Below are positions 51,300 through 53,753 of a stretch of 53,753 nt of DNA, in pieces. Each line of letters opens with the position of its first letter. The stretch's first letter is position 1. The notes beneath the pieces are model-generated. The model was given only the letters and a program-made list of their open reading frames with translations, searched no databases and was not told the origin of the DNA. The position numbers were made by a program, and so were the translations under genes. The DNA is from Octopus bimaculoides (lineage: Eukaryota): NCBI RefSeq assembly GCF_001194135.2, contig NC_068988.1:20306718-20360470 (forward strand), given 5' to 3'.

Positions 51300-51343
51300 G
51301 TGACCGAAGATGAGACAACTACTCCGAAATGCTGGCATCTCAC
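51300..51343 (+). ncRNA. Hammerhead-like motif with variant core
   Basis: GUGA-CCGAAGA-U-GAG[ACAACUA]CUC-C-GAAA-UGC[UG]GCA-UC^UCAC. All three stems pair, but U4 is C and 10.1/11.1 is mismatched. Confidence 0.45.
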
Positions 51344-52335
51344 CGTCTTGACAGGTGGCGCAGCGAGCTGATCTAGACTTGTCCACACCATTTGTCAACG
51401 GTGAAAAATGTTCTCCATCACAAAACACAGTGAATGGCTTGTTATCTAGTTCTAATTTGCCTCAAGCATATTTGGATTGCTAATAACATTGNNNNNNNNN
51501 NNNNNNNNNNNNNNNNNNNNNNNNNNNNNNNNNNNNNNNNNNNNNNNNNNNNNNNNNNNNNNNNNNNNNNNNNNNNNNNNNNNNNNNNNNNNNNNNNNNN
51601 NNNNNNNNNNNNNNNNNNNNNNNNNNNNNNNNNNNNNNNNNNNNNNNNNNNNNNNNNNNNNNNNNNNNNNNNNNNNNNNNNNNNNNNNNNNNNNNNNNNN
51701 NNNNNNNNNNNNNNNNNNNNNNNNNNNNNNNNNNNNNNNNNNNNNNNNNNNNNNNNNNNNNNNNNNNNNNNNNNNNNNNNNNNNNNNNNNNNNNNNNNNN
51801 NNNNNNNNNNNNNNNNNNNNNNNNNNNNNNNNNNNNNNNNNNNNNNNNNNNNNNNNNNNNNNNNNNNNNNNNNNNNNNNNNNNNNNNNNNNNNNNNNNNN
51901 NNNNNNNNNNNNNNNNNNNNNNNNNNNNNNNNNNNNNNNNNNNNNNNNNNNNNNNNTATATATATATATATATATCGTTGCTATTATGCAAAAGTGTCGG
52001 AAGTCCAAAACGTTGCTTTTTCAGAAAACGAAAATATGGTTTCATCATTCCATACCAAAACCGTTGTACTACACTTTGACATTTTTAGATATCTTGGCAT
52101 TTGAAACAGCTGAAGTTACGATAGTTTGATCAAAGGAACCGGCTTTTGCTAGCCAAAATAAATATTGAAAAAGGATAAAAGGTATATACACATGCATTTC
52201 ACACACATGCATACACACACAGGCATACACATACAATCACATGTACTGTATAATAAATATGCAACGGGGGTCACTTTCTATTATCAAGGTTAGTGAATCC
52301 CAAGCACTTTATATGCTTAATTATATCAGTGAGTT

Positions 52336-52567
52336 TAGGGCGGCGAACTAGCAGAATCGTTAGCGCGCCGGGCGAAATGCATAACGATATTTCGTCTGTC
52401 TTAACGTCCTGAGCTCAAATTCTGCCGAGGTCGACTTTGCCTTTCATCCATTTGTAGTCGATTAAATAAGTACCAGTTACGCACTGCGGTCGATGTAATC
52501 GACTTAATCCTTTTGTCTGTCCTTGTTTGTCCTCTTTATGTTAAGCCCCCTGTGGGCAATAAAGAGA
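52336..52567 (+). mobile_element. SINE family A, full length with TSD
   Basis: Perfect 19-bp TSD TTAATTATATCAGTGAGTT at 52317-52335 and 52568-52586. Confidence 0.92.
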
Positions 52568-52663
52568 TTAATTATATCAGTGAGTTATATATTGTGATCA
52601 GCCCAACCTGATCAGAGTAGACTACTTCCGCAATATACTCACACGTACATATGTGCATGTATA

Positions 52664-53090
52664 CGAGGTGTTAGGAAAAGGTTGCCGTACTAGTTATGTT
52701 CGATAATAAATAACTTATTTACCTAAGTTTTAACATCACCTGCTTCGAAATAGTCTCCTTGTGCAACAGTACAACGGGTCCAGCGTTCCTTTCACTTTTG
52801 GAAGCCGACCTGGAGGTCGTTTTCCGCAAGTGTGCCGAGCACCTTCTGCAATTCGCTCTGGATCTCGACAACGGGGTTAAGACGGCGACATTTGAGCTGC
52901 ATTTTCAGCCTGGGGATGTGATGCTAAATCTGGCGAATAGGGTTACATGCCCTTCCTATCATCAATCCTCATCTGTTTGCAAGTAAGGTAATAGTTTCTC
53001 ATAACCAGACACGGTTTCACGGAAAACTGAAAAACGAAGAATACCGTTTGTATTTCAGTGACATTCGCTTATTACCATCACCCGATGTCA
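52664..53090 (-). mobile_element. Internally deleted mariner (3' TIR and transposase C-terminus)
   Basis: TA followed by a CGAGGTGTTAGGAAAAGGT end. Minus strand reads PYSPDLA..PRLKMQLKCRRLNPVVEIQSELQKVLGTLAENDLQVGFQK*KERWTRCTVAQGDYFE. Confidence 0.85.
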
Positions 53091-53129
53091 AAGCAAGAAG
53101 ACTAACATACACACACACCACACACACAC

Positions 53130-53295
53130 ATATGATGGGTTTCTTTCAGTTTTCGTCCATCAAATCCTCTCACAAGGCTTTGGGCGGCCCACTGTTATAG
53201 TAGAAGACACTTGACCAAAGTGCCACGCTACAGGACCGAACTTGAAACACTGTGGTTGGGAAGCCAACTTCTTACCACGCAGCTACGTCTGTGCC
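53130..53295 (-). mobile_element. SINE family B 5' half
   Basis: Aligns with 19045-19210. Confidence 0.8.
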
Positions 53296-53417
53296 AATTA
53301 TACATATTGAATTCCATTAACCAGTGAGATCTTTTTGAAAACTGATCGATGGCAGACTAACAGAATAGACAGACAGACAGGCAGACGGACAGACAGACGG
53401 ACAGATAAACATATACA

Positions 53418-53753
53418 TTTCTTTTATTAGCCACACAGGGCTCAACAAAGATGGGACAAATATAATGTAGAGCTTTTCTTTTTGGGAGGGGGAAGGAAAA
53501 AATGTAGGGGTGTGTCGATCAAAAGGGATCGTAGGAAGGGAAAAAGGCGGGGAGTTCGATCAAAAGGGATCGAGAAAAAAAAAGCGATCAATAGGGATCG
53601 TGTATCACAGTAATGTTCTCGTGTAAAAAGAGGGGAGGACAGTTTAGGTTTAGCCGTGGAAAGAAAAGCCTACGGAAAAGACCACGGTAACCTTGGTCAA
53701 TATTGTCATTGAAGAAACTATAACAGTAAGTGACTCTCTTTTGCCTTTTTTTC
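53418..53753 (-). mobile_element. Probable retroelement 3' UTR ending in AATAAA, truncated by the window edge
   Basis: The minus strand ends GCCCTGTGTGGCTAATAAAAGAA next to simple repeats and is pyrimidine-rich. No coding sequence lies inside the window to confirm the clade. Confidence 0.35.

Overview
This is AT-rich animal genomic DNA from a gapped draft assembly with about 13 N-runs. It is dominated by microsatellites, SINEs and decayed transposons. The SINE families and microsatellite load look like an octopus genome, but that is inferred from recognition, not proven. I found no intact protein-coding gene; the long ORFs in the track are microsatellite or N-run artefacts. Recognisable relics are a Ty3/Gypsy pol (PR-RT-RH-IN), three mariner remnants, a Tc1 remnant, a Tigger-like and a hAT MITE, three R4/Dong 3' ends sitting in (TAA)n arrays, Penelope-like (PLE) fragments and at least four tRNA-derived SINE architectures. 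The most interesting signal is a set of hammerhead ribozyme (HHR) motifs at 43.7-51.4 kb. (1) A tRNA-headed, SINE-like element carries a minimal type I HHR in its tail; at both loci in the window an inverted copy of that tail lies 5' of the tRNA head, as in Penelope pseudo-LTRs. (2) A ~320-bp palindrome has an intact HHR in each arm. (3) There is a third, unrelated HHR-like fold. All alignments and folds were done by eye and need computational and biochemical confirmation.
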